Part shown: in pieces, positions 1 through 13,643 of the stretch
How the letters are laid out: each line of letters begins with the position of its first letter
Numbering within the stretch: the first letter of the stretch is position 1
From: Mytilus edulis
Taxonomy: Eukaryota
Assembly (NCBI RefSeq): GCF_963676685.1
Contig: NC_092349.1
Span: 40,548,001-40,612,000 of the forward strand
Direction: 5' to 3'
DNA length: 64,000 nucleotides
The notes under the pieces: model-generated
Database searches by the model: none
What the model saw: the letters and a program-made list of their open reading frames with translations, nothing else
Told to the model about the DNA's origin: nothing
Made by a program: the position numbers and the translations under genes

Positions 1-199
1 ATGTCGTAATTTTATAATTTTCAACTTATTTCTGAAATAAACGTTTATTTTACAAAAACTGCACCGTACGATTTTGTGACGACCGGGCAAAAATCAAAGT
101 TAAATCATTATTCTTTCATTTAAAAAAGAAATTAGCCGTGTGTTAGGTGGGTGCATTAAAGTCCTTAACTAGACGTCTTTTTCAAATATTACACTCGCC

Positions 200-1510
200 T
201 TAACGTGTAGGGACAAGTGTTTTACGTGCTGTACTTCTCAATTTCATCTTAATATTTGCAGTAACAAGGTGATGGTTACTACCAACATCTGCTCCCCTCT
301 TACCTTTAACATCGAGTAATGAACGTCTACAAGTACCATTTATCATAAGGTGGTCTTTCTGGTTCTTATCCCTTCCATTTGGAGAACACCGTGTTAACTT
401 ATGTATATCTTGATGTGGAAAGAGTGTTCCTCCTACAGCCAGGTTGTAAGCTGCACATAATTCTACTAGTCTTTCTCCATTATCATTTATAGTACCACAT
501 CCATGTTTACCTATTATTCTGTCCATATCAGTGTTGTTGTTTCCCACTTTGGCATTCAAATCACCCATCACCACTAGAAGATCATGACATGGTACCAATC
601 TCACTTCTGCTTGAAGTTGCTCGTAAAAGGTGTCTTTTGCAGCTTCATCACTGTCATTTGTTGGTGCATTGTATAAAGGTGTGCACTCCTTTCAATTTTT
701 CTGTTATTAATCTACTATTTACAGGTTTCCATTCAATAAGTCCCTTCTCAGTGCCTTTCTCGAGGATGATGGCTACCCCTTCAAAATGATGGTTGTCTCT
801 GCCTGAGTAAAGAACTGTTTCTCCTGTGTCAGTCTTCATTTTACCAGAGCCTGTCAATCTGCTCTCACTAACTCCCAAAATGTGCAAGTTATATCGCCTC
901 ATTTCCGATGAGACCTGTGCAAGTTTCCCAGTTTCATACATAGTACGTACGTTCCAGAATCCTATTCTGGTTTTTGCTTTAGAGCTCAGCACTTCATTCC
1001 TGCCAGTAGCTTCTTGCGGCTTTCACCACTGACAATTATACTATTTTCTTGAAGGCCTATTCGCACAGCGGTTTTGTTTGATTCCTTTGTTGCTGTTTCC
1101 GTAACATAAATCTTTTTATAGGATATGGTTGTTGGCCCTATGTTGAACCCCCTGTTTGGAGGGCCAGGGATTTTTGATCGAGGTTTCCTTCCTTTAGATA
1201 AGTTGCTGACCAAGTCTGACGAACCATTATCTGCCCGTTTTCATTTTGGAGTTTTTTCTCCTAGATAAATTACCTTCCTGAGTTAACGATCTTCAATTAA
1301 TCGGCTATTTACCCATAGTTAGGGCAAGGTTAATGAGAGTAAGGGCGTGTCCACACGCCGGTGGTCCTACACTCTGCATCTTTAGGGCCCTTGCTGCTCC
1401 AAGATCCTCTACAGTAAAGCCTGAGATGCTAGATCCCAGTTACCATGCACTGTCGCGGGGAGGCACTGTAGAAGTCTTGACAGTGTAGAGGCTATGAACT
1501 GGCAGGAGAG
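200..1510 (-). pseudogene. RTE-clade-like LINE 5' part (5' UTR plus frameshifted AP endonuclease)
   Basis: ORFs 654-992 (RIGFWNVRTM, ILGVSESR, EGVAII) and 200-604 (VMGDLNAKVG, NDNGERLVELC, DH, SNHHLV) carry APE endonuclease motifs broken by frameshifts. Confidence 0.85.
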
Positions 1511-1511
1511 G

Positions 1512-2010
1512 CTTGTCTAACTCCTGTTTTAACCTCAAATCAGATGTTGCACTGCAAATAAAATTGCTGTAGAAACTTTTGATGAGCTCAATTATTTCTT
1601 TTGGAATTCCATATGATCTGAGTATTCGCCACAAGGTCTTTCTGTTGATACTGTCAAAAGCCTTCTAAAAATCCACAAAGTTGATGTAGAGCTGTCTTTG
1701 TCATTCTGTACATTGTTCGATGATTTTACGTAAAGCAAAGATTTGATCGATGCACCCTCTACTATTACGGAATCCTGCTTGCTCCTCTCTTAGCTGTTTG
1801 TCAACTGCATCTATTATTCGTTGGATAATAATTTTGGCCATGATTTTACGACAAGAGAGTTATATTACCTCGTCAGTTGTTACTATCTCTTAGAGCTGCT
1901 TTCTTGGCTAACTTTATTATTATGCCTTTGGTCCAATCGTCAGGTATTATTTTTTCTTCCCATATTGAAGTAAAAAGAGATTGAAGAATTTCAGCTGCAA
2001 GTTCTGGGTC
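1512..2010 (-). pseudogene. LINE reverse transcriptase fragment
   Basis: Minus-strand translation gives EEQAGFR, CIDQIFALRKIIEQC, FVDF*KAFDSINR, WRILRSYGIP and EVKTGVRQ, with stops and frameshifts. Confidence 0.8.
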
Positions 2011-4149
2011 GAAATTTAAAAAATAGCACTGTTTACAGTTTTATCAAATTTGGTTCACATTATCTTCCTGCAAAATAAAACAAAATGTCGTTTTAAAAAA
2101 TAGGGGTCCATGCACTTGTTTTCAAATTAAATCAATTTGAATGATAAAAATCCGTCGAAAAATGCATCTTTTCCCGATATGTCATAGTCGCGAAAATAAC
2201 ATTTTACGTTAGCAACGTCATTTTAGTTGATGTCCTTTTTTTCTGTTGAGCTAATAGGAGAAATAGAGGTAATATCGAAATAAAAAAATTAAAAAATAAC
2301 CTAATTATAGAAATCGCTTAAATTTTACAATTATTTAGTTTATGTACAGCTTATTTGAAAACAATGATAAAAAATATAGGTCACCGATGAGTTAAAAAAG
2401 ATATTTCAAATTTAATGCAAACAAATGGCATTTTTGAACCAAAGGGAGATAATTTACAGCTTTTTCAATGATATAAACATTTTAAAAGTCATCTTGGGCC
2501 AAACTGAATCATTTTTTTGGTTGATTTTTGTACCATATCATAAAGTAAAAACTAATAGTATACTAAATAAAATTTATAATGAAAAAATAAAGGTTTATTT
2601 TTTTGCTGAAATTTTTGTACCCACGAGCCACCTTAATACATAAGATAACTTTTTAACAGGAAAATACTCATAAATTCTATTCCTTCTGTTTTTGAGGGTA
2701 CATAGCCTCTTTGGTCGGGTAGACTCTTCGGTTTCCAAGTTCACTTCATCTTAGGTAACCATGTTTTAAAGTACAGCTCTTCATAAGAATCAGGCAGAGT
2801 GCCATATACACGTGATTTATGAGGGTTTCAGATTTTATCTATAAATGGCCTAGAAGAAGCAGTAGCCACAAACTGCTCAAAAAATTAATTTGAGTGGGAA
2901 AATATGAGTGGTTGCCATGGTAACGGACACTCTTTTTTTAGGTTGTTAAGAGTGGAAAATCTTTCAAAAATGAGCTAAATCACTACAATTCAGAGCCTGA
3001 TTACGAATAGAATCAAGCATTTTTCATTAATTATCATATGTTACATAGATACAACTTGGTTTAAGCTTCATTTTAGTTAAGATTGCATGTAAACCAAATT
3101 TGTAATTTTTTTGAAAAATTTTGCCAAAAAATGCATATTTTCAACTTTTCTGAATTTGGGATTTTTGCGAAATTATATAATTTTCTCGGGTGTTTTTGAG
3201 AAAACTGCTAATGTGTACAGCATAGTTAGCACTGTAGTTATGAAGTTTGGATACTACTTTACCAAATTAAATAGAAAAATTCTTGGGACCTTTTTCAGTT
3301 TGATCACCATAGCAACCATTTTTTTCCCTTGGAAACGGAGTTATTATTTGCAGAATATAGCAGTTTAAGAGCCTAAATGTACTGAATTGTTTCATAACCG
3401 ATACAAAAATACATAAAAGCATACGTTAACTCTAAATCACCATCAGTAAGAGTTGCTGACTTCAATACTTACCATGGAAACACATATTATCCATAGCAAC
3501 ATCTATTTTAAAATCTATCAATGGATTTATGTAATAAAAAATACATATATAGAGTTGATATTCAAATTTGAATATGACAGCATGTTTTTCTTCCCACACA
3601 ATCTCTTCTGTTCTTCTCAGAAGGTTCAAAAAATGTAATATAGGTTGGGAAAAAAGGGGGGTAGGTTTATTTAAAAAAAAAAATCATACATGTAGATTCT
3701 TGAAACGATAACGTTTGGTCGTAGAGCCTGATTATGAATAGAATCAAACTTTTTTTTCAGAAATTTCATATATAACATCGATATAACTGGGGGTTTAGCT
3801 TCAGAGCTTAGTAAAGATAACAGTTTAATCGACTGTTAGATTTGTTTTGTAAAAATATACTAAAAAACACATATATTCATTTTTGTTGAAATATGGAGTT
3901 TTTATGAAATTATCAATTTTTTTCGTGTGTTTTTCCGAAAAGTGCAAATATGTAAAGCATATAAAAATGCAAGCATTGTAGTAACAAAATTTGAATACTA
4001 CTTGACCAAAATAAATAGAATATTGCGTGTTGCTCTCTTGAATTTCATCACCATATTAACGTATTTTCCCCTTGGAAACACAGATATTATTTATTGAATT
4101 CTGCAGTATAGGAAATTCCATGTTCTCAATTGTTTCCAAACTTTTATAA

Positions 4150-5948
4150 ACTAGAGGCTCTAAAGAGCCTGTGTCGCTCACCTTGGTCTATGTGAATATT
4201 AAACAATGGACACAGATGGATTCATGACAAAATTGTGTTTTGGTGATGGTGATGTGTTTGTAGATCTTACTTTACTAAACATTCTTGCTGCTTACAATTA
4301 TCTCTATCTATAACAGAACTTTCTGTGGAAAATGTTATTGAAAATCTTCAAATTTTAAGAAAATTGTTGAAAATTGACTATGAAGGGCAATAACTCCTTA
4401 GGGGGTCAATTGACTATTTTGGTCATACTGACTTATTTTTAGTTCTTACTTTGCTGTACATTATTGCTGTTTACATTTTATCTCTATCTATAATAATATT
4501 CAAGATAATAACAAAAAAACAGCAAAATTTCCTCAAAATTACCAATTCAGGGGCAGCAACCTAACAACCGATTATCCGATTCATCTGAAAATTCCAGGGC
4601 AGATAGATCGTGACCTGATCAACAATTTTACTTCCTGTCAGATTTGCTCTTAATGCTTTGGTTTTTGAGTTATAAGCCAAAACATGCATTTTACCCCTAT
4701 GTTCTATTTTTAGCCATGGCAGCCATCTTGGTTTATTGGCCGAGTTACCGGACACATTTTTTTAACTAGATACCCCAATGATGATTATGGCTAAGATTGG
4801 TTAAATTTGGCCCAGTAGTTTCAGAGGAAAAGATTTTTCTAAAAGATTACTAAGATTTACGAAAAATGGTTAAAAATTGACTATAAAGGGTAATAACTCC
4901 TAAAGTGGTCAACTGACCATTTCAGTCATTTTGACTTATTTGTAAATCTTACTTTGGTGAACATTATTGCTGTTTATAGTTTATCTCTATCTATAATAAT
5001 ATTCAAAATAATAACCAAAAAGAGCAAAATTTCCTTAAAATTACTAATTCAGGGCCAGCAACCCAACAACGGGTTGTCCGATTCATCTGAAAATTTTAGG
5101 GCAGATAGATCTTGAACTGATAAACAATTTTACCCCATGTCAGATTTGCTCTAAATGCTTTGGGTTTTGAGTTATAAGCCAAAAACTGCATTTTACCCCA
5201 TGTTCTATTTTTAGCCATGGCAGCCATCTTGGTTGGATGGCCGGGTCACCGGACACATTTTTGAAACTACTAACCCAAAAGATGATTGTGGCCAAGTTTG
5301 GATTAATTTGGCCTAGTAGTTTCAGAGGAGATGATTTTTGTAAAATATTACTAAGATTTACGAAAAATGGTTAAAAATTGACTATAAAGGGCAATAACTC
5401 CTAAAGGGGTCAACTGACCATTTCAGTCATGTTGACTTATTTGTAAATCTTACTTTGCTGAACATTATTGCTGTTTACTGTTTATCTCTATCTATAATAA
5501 TATTCAAGATAATGACCAAAAACAGCAAAATTTCCTTAAAATTACTAATTCAGGGGCAGCAACCCAACAACGGGTTATCCGATTCATCTGAAAATTTCAG
5601 GGCAGATAGATCTTCACCTGTTTAACATTGTAACCCATGTCAGATTTGCTCTAAATGCTTTGGTTTTTGAGGTATAAGCCAAAAACTGCATTTTACCCCT
5701 ATGTTCTATTTTTAGCCATGGCGGCCATCTTGGATGGTTGGCCGGGTCACCGGACACATTTTTTAAACTAGATACCCCAATGATGATTGTGGCCAAGTTT
5801 GGTTTAATTTGGCCCAGTAGTTTCAGAGGAGAAGATTTTTGTAAAAGTTAACGACGACGACGACGGACGACGGACGACGGACGACGGACGACGCCGGACG
5901 CCAAGTGATGAGAAAAGCTCACTTGGCCTTTTAGGCCAGGTGAGCTAA
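4150..5948 (+). mobile_element. Helentron/HINE (DINE-1-like) non-autonomous element with central ~500-bp tandem repeats
   Basis: Starts actagaggctct...gctcacct and has about 3 units of ~500 bp (cagatttgctct at ~4640, 5141, 5641). It ends with a (GACG/GACGACG)n microsatellite, hairpin tggccttttaggcca and aggtgagctaaaa. Confidence 0.75.
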
Positions 5949-6460
5949 AAATACATAGAAGCATATATATACCTTAACTCATAACTGCAATCCTTAAGTA
6001 TTATTACAACAGTAGCCATGGTAACAAATATCACCAACTCCCAATCAAAAGATATATAATATAGTTTTATGTTAAAAATTATATATAAATAAGTTTGATA
6101 ATGTTAATTTTTCTAATGGGAATATAACTGCATGCTTTGCTTTGTCTCACTCTCAGTCCTGTCTTTGCTCCTTGAGAAGACTCAACAAATCTAAATATAT
6201 ACACTGTGGCATTTTGGGGGAGTAGTGGAGGTTGGGTAGTTTTTGTTTGAAACTTTCATAGATCCTTATGAGGAAAATTGAGAGGTTTAGCTATAAAACT
6301 AGGTTTAATCAACCATTTTCTACATAAGAAAATGTCTGTACCAAGTCGGTAATATATGACAGTTTTTATCTATTCGTTTGATATATTTAAGGTTTTGATT
6401 TTGCCATTTGCTTAGGGATTTTCCATTAAGAAGTTTCCTCAGTGTTCCGTATATTTGTTA

Positions 6461-7714
6461 TTAGTTCACCTGACCTCATCACTTGGGAGTCCGTCGTCCG
6501 GCGTCCGTAAACTTTTACAAAAATCTTCTCCTCTGAAACTACTTGGTCAAATTTAACCAAACTTGGCCACAATCATCCTTGGGGTATTTAGTTTTAAAAA
6601 TGTGTCCTATGACCTGGCCATCAAACCAAGATGGCCACCATGGCTAAAAATAGAACACAGGGGTAAAATGCAGTTTTTGGCTTATACCTCAAAAACCAAA
6701 GCATTTAGAGCAAATCTGACATGATAAAATGGATTATCAGGTCAAGATCTATCTGCCCTAAAATTTTCAGATGAATCAGACAACCCGTTGTTGGGTTGCT
6801 GCCCCTGAATTGGTAATTTTAAGGAAATTTTGCTGTTTTTAGTTACCATCTTGAATATTATTATAGATAGAGATAAACTGTAAACAGCAATAATGTTCAT
6901 CAAAGTAAGATTTACAAATAAGTGAACATGACTGAAATGGTCAGTTGACCCCTGTAGGAGTTATTGGCCTTTATAGTAAATATTTAACCATTTTTCGTAA
7001 ATCTTAGTAATCTTTTACAAAAATCTTCTCCTCTGAAACTACTGGGCCAAATCTACCCAAACTTGGCAACGATCATCTTTGGGGTATCTAGATAAAAAAA
7101 ATGTGTCTGGTGACCCGGCCATCTAACCAAGATGGCCGCCACGGTTAAAAATAGAACATAGGGGTAAAATTCGGTTTTTGGCTTATAACTCAAAAACCAA
7201 AGCATTTAGGGCAAATCTGACGGAGATGAATTGTATATCAGGTGAAGATCTATTAGCCCTTACATTTTCAGATTGATCGGACAACTGGTTGTTGGGTTGC
7301 TGCACCAGAATTGGTAATTTTAAGGAAATTTTGCAGTTTTTGGTTATTATCTTGAATACTTTTATAGATAGAGATAAACTGTGAACAGCAATAATGTTCA
7401 GCAAAGTAAGATTTACAAATAAGTCAACATGACTGAAATGGTCAGTTGACCCCTTTAGGAGTTATTGCCCTTTATAGTAAATTTTTAACCATTTTTCGTA
7501 AATCTTTCAGTAATCTTTTACAAAAATCTTCTCCTCTAAACTACTGGGCCAAATTTACCCGAACTTGGCAACAATTATCTTTGGGGTATCTAGTTTAAAA
7601 AATGTGTCCGGTGACCCGGCCATCCAACCAAGATGGCTGCCACGGCTAAAAATAGAACATAGGGATAAAATACAGTTTTTGGCTTATAACTCAAAAACCA
7701 AAGCATTTAGAGCA
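6461..7714 (-). mobile_element. Second, truncated inverted copy of the same HINE-like family
   Basis: Begins ttagttcacctgacc and ccgtcgtccggcgtcc, followed by ~2.4 units of the same ~500-bp repeat in reverse orientation. Confidence 0.7.
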
Positions 7715-9189
7715 ATAATTTTGTTTTGATAATTTTGCCGTTAATAGCATAATCATTTTACCCGGTAGCACAATTCTAACTTAGCAGATGTATCTATTCA
7801 TCTTTCTCGGAGATCCTGAATTCCAATTGCGGAATAGTACTACAACAAAGGAGTTATTAATGATATACTAATAGCTATTTATTAAGAGGATTCCATTATA
7901 CTGGACTTCTAATATCAACGATTACCATATTATTTTTAAGTCCCCACCGACTTAATATTTGTTCAATCTGTCTGTCCGTCTATCCGCCCGTCCAGCACAC
8001 TTCAGATTCAGTTTAGAAATGCTTTGACCAAATGATTCTATTTTTGGTTTGTAAGCTTATTATTATGTTACAGGTCAAGTTTGTTAAATATGCTTGTGGG
8101 ATAACATCTCAAACTTGTGTGTGCTCTAAAAAATTAAGAATTTTCTTACAAGGGCCATTAATCTTGCCTTAGGTTTGCCCGGCTATTGCAATCCAATGAA
8201 GTTCATCATCTGTTAACTTTTAAAAATTGATTATCAGATTATGAACTCGAAATTAATTCCGACAAAACGCAATTATCTTTTCACGGATCAAATTGTATGA
8301 AACATTTGAAAAAAATAATATACCCACCTTTTTCCCAACTCTCCAACCCCAATGTTACATAATATATTACATTTATTAAACTGTCTGAAAAAACATCAGA
8401 CAAGACTGAGAGTGAAGCTAAGAATAAAGTCATATTCCAATTTGAAAATAAACACCCTCAATTTGTGTATTTTTTTTTTTACATTTCCTGCAGTTTTTAG
8501 ATGGATGTTGCTACGGATAATCTTTGTTCCCATGGTAACAATTGAAGGCAACAACACTTGACGAGAGTAATTTAAAGTTTGCGTTAGCTTTTATGTATTT
8601 TTTTATCGGTTATGAAACAATTCAGGACATTTAAGATCTTAAACTGCTATATTCTGCAAATAATAACTCCGTTTCCAAGGAAAAAATTGGTTGCTATGGT
8701 GATCAAACTGAAAAAGGTCCCAAGAATTTTTCTATTTAATTTGGTAAAGTAGTATCCAAACTTCATAACTACAGTGCTAACTATGCTGTACACATTAGCA
8801 GTTTTCTTAAAAACACCCGAGAAAATTTGATAATTTCGCAAAAATCCCAAATTCAGAAAAGTTGAAAATATACATTTTTTGCCAAAATTTTTCAAAAAAT
8901 TTACAAATTTGATTTACATGCAATCTTAACTAAAATGAAGTTTAAACCAAGTTGTATCAACATTACATATGAAACTTGATAAAATATACTTGATTCTATT
9001 AAATATCAGGCTCTGAATTGTAGTGATTAAGGTGATTTTTGAAAGATTTTACCACGCTTAACAACCCAAAAATAGAGTCTCCGTTACCATGGCAACTACT
9101 CATATTTTCCCACTCAAACTTTTTTTTGGAGCAGTATTCAAGGAATGCTTCTACCAGGCAATCTATAGAAAAATTCTGAAACCCTTATA

Positions 9190-9690
9190 TATCGCACTCT
9201 GCCTGGTTCTTACAAAGAGCTGTAAAAGTGTTGGCCTTTCTCTTCATTAAAGGGACCAACCAGATCGTTCGCAATTTTTCGCCATGATTTCTTTGGACAC
9301 TCGACTGGTTGCATTTCTGCTGCTGATGTTTTTGTTTTCTTATTTGTCTGCTGACATTCCATGAATCTTTTGATATAATACCTGGCATCCAGCCTCATTT
9401 CTTCTTAGTAGTACCTTTCCGATATATAATAGAAAGTTTTTTTTTCTATCCGAAGATGGCATCCATTGTGATCCATTGTCGTCATGGGATAGTTTAAGAA
9501 TTGTGTTCTTCTAATCAGATATCATAACTAGCTTGATCTCTGTCTTTTTCTTGTTGCCACCATTGTAATATAATTTTCCTTCAATGATGCTGAATTTTTC
9601 TACTCTACCTCTGATTCTTCTTTTTTTATTTTCTCCTATATCTGAAAGATAAAAATTACCATCGCAAGTTCTAATAATAACTACTGATAA
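9190..9690 (-). pseudogene. Degraded Gypsy-type/Ginger-like integrase N-terminal (HHCC) fragment
   Basis: Fragments KKRRIRGRVEKFSIIEGKLYY and MECQQTNKK...EMQPVECPKKSWRKIANDLVGPF match the integrase zinc-binding region and first catalytic Asp context. Confidence 0.6.
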
Positions 9691-9714
9691 ATATAGTTTA
9701 TCCAATGAAAATAA

Positions 9715-10205
9715 TATTATGACGAGTAGAATTTTATACTGCACGAGCTTGCGAGTGCAATATATGTTCTACGAGGGACAATATTCCCCAATATTCATGC
9801 ACTAACCCTTTTATTGTATAGCAATATAATATTTGAAAGTAAACAATTGGTTTAAACTAAGATTTTGACGTTGATGACGTCATGAATTTTGAAGATTTAT
9901 TGGAATTTATTGCACGCTAACTTTTGGTTACTTTCTGTGGGAAATATTATATCGCAATGCAATAATACTGGTTATTATTGCATAGCAATATAATAAATCT
10001 TTAAAATTCATGACGTCATCAACGACAAAGTCTTAGTTTAAACCAGTTTTTACTTTCAAATATTATATTGCTATACAATAAAAGGGTCATTGCATGAATA
10101 TTTGGGAATATTGTTCCTTGTATAGAACATATATTGCACTTGCAAGCTCGTGCAATATAAAATTTTACTCGGGACAATAGTCCCCAATATTCATGCAATA
10201 ACACT
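9715..10205. repeat. MITE-like foldback element
   Basis: ~9722-9900 is an imperfect reverse complement of ~9995-10172. Confidence 0.65.
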
Positions 10206-11550
10206 ATATTATATTTTATCAAATGGAAATAATAAAATGGACACCAGCAATAAAATTATGTTAAATGTTTTTTTGGTGACCTGAACACGTGCCCCCTGTG
10301 CCGTTGAAGTGTCATCTGTTTGTTATTTGTTTATGTTTATGTTTAATAAAGTAAAATAACAAATATTGTAAACAATTTTGAGACCTAAGTGTTTGAAAAT
10401 TACGGGTGAAATTTTGGAAAGAAATTTGACGGAAACTTGAAAATTACGGCTTGCAAATAGCTAAAACGAAATGTTTGATAAAGAAGGAACGAGGTTCTTC
10501 AAGTCCCGGGAAGCTCTTAAGAACTTTGAGGAAGTTTATGTGCAGAAATATCGTCTTTGGCGATTGGGAATAATTTCCAGAAACATGCTGGCGTAATGAC
10601 ATTAATTGCCAAAACAGTATATCATACAACGGTGAAACTACACATAATTTATTCTCTTTAGTTTGTTTCGGGAGAATATAGATAAACAATTTAAACCATA
10701 TGATTGTTATGTAAAACAGAGCTTTTTGAAACGTTGTTGCTGATTATAACACATAGTCGATATCATGAATGATATTATGCGATGTATTCCATAAAAAATA
10801 ACCATGGCTTCATAAATTTTATGTTTTCAATATTGTATAAATAGTCTGATCGTTAAACCTCAGGCTTGGAACAGTGTACACGTTCCTTGTTCTAACCATA
10901 ATAAAATAAGTTCCTACAGCTTCAGTTCGTCATATGGAATAAAACTCTTTGCAAACTTGAAAGCCACACCCACTAATAAGATATATATACAATGTCTTAA
11001 CTCTGACTGTTGCATTTTGAACAAACAAGTGAAAAGTCCAGCGCAATGTAGAACAAAACAGTTTCAACACTCATATATCATGATCATGATCTTGACCTGC
11101 ATGGATATGCATTTAACTTGCAACTGGACGATTAAACAAAACGGTTATTGGTGACTCGTCTGCATGAAAAACTTTAACCTCAGACAAAACATGAAATAAA
11201 CTGTTCAGGAAAAACGAAGTCCATCTAGTAGTAAAATACGGAAAAATGAAAATAAATAATGATACTGTATGTTGGACATTAAGAAGCTTCTGTCCCAATT
11301 TCCCGTAATTCTATAATGTTTGACAACGATTTTGATGTTAAACAAAACTTTAACCACAGATTGAACCTAAATGCTGACGTAGTCGGCGTAAATACTGACG
11401 ACGGAATTTAGAATCGCTAAGTATCACTGTCGCGAAACTTGTCAAAAAGAAGGATATATGTAAAAAGATCCAAGTTGGCCGTTATTTCACTCATAAAACT
11501 TAAAGACCTCCTTGCTTTCGACAAGACGACAATATTTTTTTTGTCTTAAG

Positions 11551-12273
11551 CTGGGGTCACACATTCACGATTTTTACTGCCGTCCTTGACAGGACCATTC
11601 CCGATTAAAATTTGTCAAAAGTCTGATCAAGATCCTGTAAATCGTGGATGGAAATTCGATTTGTATCTTTCGCCAGGTAAAATTCGACCGAGTCTGTCAC
11701 GACTGCGTCCCGATTCTACCGAATGTAATCCGACAGAGATCAGATAGTGACAAGACAGTGAACCGACGCTGACGGAAGTTATCCGTTCGAAAACTGTCGG
11801 CATAATCGGGATGATCAGGTACTGTCGGAACGTAATCCTATCACGGTCCGCTCTATCGTATTGCAAACGGCTTTGTCTGGTCTCAGTCGTATTGTATTCT
11901 GTTATTGTCGGGACTTCTCCAGATCATTCCCGTTCCACAGGACACCGTCCCGAATACACAGAACATTGTTAGGAATTCGATCCGATACAGCAGAATCTGT
12001 CACGACATAGGCACGATTGTAATCCGACTAGACAAAATCGGCTGAGTTCCCCCGAATGTTACGGGACGCACCTAACTGTCGGGGTGCTTTGCCGAACTAT
12101 TCGGACTCTTCCCGACCAGTAGGAATCTGTTACGAACTAAAACGACTGCGTTCAGACAATAATAGGACATTCCAGATAATTGAGGATACTAATCCGACTT
12201 CTTTCACTTTTCGTGTCGTATCGCTGTCTGATCTCAAACGGGAGCAATAATCGGCAATGTGTGAACCCCGCAT
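11551..12273. mobile_element. GC-rich MITE, PIF/Harbinger-like
   Basis: Terminal inverted repeats ggggtcacacatt / aatgtgtgaacccc flanked by taa/tta, with a GC-rich non-coding interior and a poly-G run just after. Confidence 0.55.
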
Positions 12274-13019
12274 TAGGGGGGGGGGGGGGGGGGGTGGGGT
12301 CTTTTTTCTATAGTAATTGTAATATAACAATATTTATTAACGTGAATTTTCTTAAACAAAAATAAATAAACGACAGAACTGTTCATTAAAAGTATGTAAT
12401 CAAATGCCAAACTATATATATATAAATATGTGTGTGAAAATCTACTTTTTGAAGATACAACAAAAATTTGAAGTATCTTATTCTGTTAAAGATCTTATTA
12501 AACCTCATTGAAATTAATTAGGTATTCACAATATGTCAAAATAAAATTCTGAATGACCCAGATCCCCCTCCTTTCAATAGTTGTCAATATCTGATGCATT
12601 TGAAAGAAGCACAATACACTTTATGTAAATTTAATACACGCATGCAATTTGGGCTAGGATTTTGAACATATATTTTAATGGTACCTAACGATGATTATTA
12701 AGGGTATAATAATTGTGTCTAACTGTCGCCTGGTGAGATTAATAGTTTAAGGTAAAACTTTATGATACTATATGGCCTAGGTGTTGATCGACTTTTATTT
12801 GTATGACCTAAGATCAGTGCCTAAGATATGGTAATGAAATAGCACCCGTACCTTCTTCAATATACATGCTAAGTGAACATCACAGCATGAATCTGTCATT
12901 TTTTGCGTGAAGGTAACACTCAAAGTCAGGTGACATATCAAACCGTTCCATTTGTAATTAAGATTAATTAACATAACGGTCAAAATAGTCAGTGTAATCT
13001 TAAGCTTTAGAAGAATGTA

Positions 13020-13250
13020 ACCAACTTTGTATTTATAACGATATAAACTAGTATTTGGTTTTAAAATATACTTAGATTTTCATTGTAATGTAGCTATATT
13101 ATTAAAATTGCGTAGCGGCACACTTAGATTAAATGTTGAAGTAGGTCGTGATCTTAATACTAAAAGAAAAAATAGATTTTGTATGTGTTGCAATATGAAT
13201 GTTTTGGATGACGAATATCATTTTGTTTTATCATGTCCAACGTATATATA
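13020..13250 (+). pseudogene. 3' end of degraded LINE ORF2 (CCHC-like region), interrupted by the Polinton
   Basis: Translates LKLRSGTLRLNVEVGR...RFCMCCNMNVLDDEYHFVLSCPTY. It continues after 31068 (WPNRHKLYNVF; KLYNYLNAAWKIR). Confidence 0.7.
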
Positions 13251-13643
13251 AGTAGTATATATTGTGTGGCAGCAGCAAATATTTTTGCCACGTTGACAAA
13301 AATTTTGCCCCCGTCAGCAAAAATTGCATAATATATTTGTTGGATAATATCAAAATATTGATTTTTAATTTGTAAAATATAAAAGAATGTTTTTATTTTT
13401 TTTTTTCACTGCATTAAACAATTTTAATGCATTACCAATCAATTTAACATTGTTGATATGCTGGATATGGAAGTAGTAAAAGTAAATTGAACATTTAAAA
13501 AAAATTTTCATTTCATTAAACAATTTAACGCATTACCAATCATTTAAATTGTTGATATGCTGGATATGGAAGTAGTAAAAGGAACATTTAAAACAATTTG
13601 AGAGCTTTAATTTGATAAAAGTTTAATTGGTAAATATAATAAT

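Larger units (their letters stand above)
2823..9184. mobile_element. Old non-autonomous element bounded by ~670-bp inverted repeats, with nested insertions
   Basis: ~2823-3495 is the reverse complement of ~8500-9184 (gggtttcaga...tctgaaaccc). The spurious ORFs 3111+ and 8647- are near-identical. A diverged direct copy lies at ~3720-4145. Confidence 0.65.

Noticed and set aside
1330-1510. HDV-like ribozyme in the RTE 5' UTR
   Set aside because: Plausible for this clade, but I could not establish the nested double-pseudoknot pairing by eye. It needs a covariance-model search.
3111-3368. Duplicated small protein gene (with 8647-8895)
   Set aside because: Non-ATG starts and no protein features. 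The similarity comes from the inverted repeat.
12277-12299. Poly-G run (and poly-C at ~52335-52352) as functional G-quadruplexes
   Set aside because: Simple homopolymers beside repeats, with unreliable length and no supporting context.
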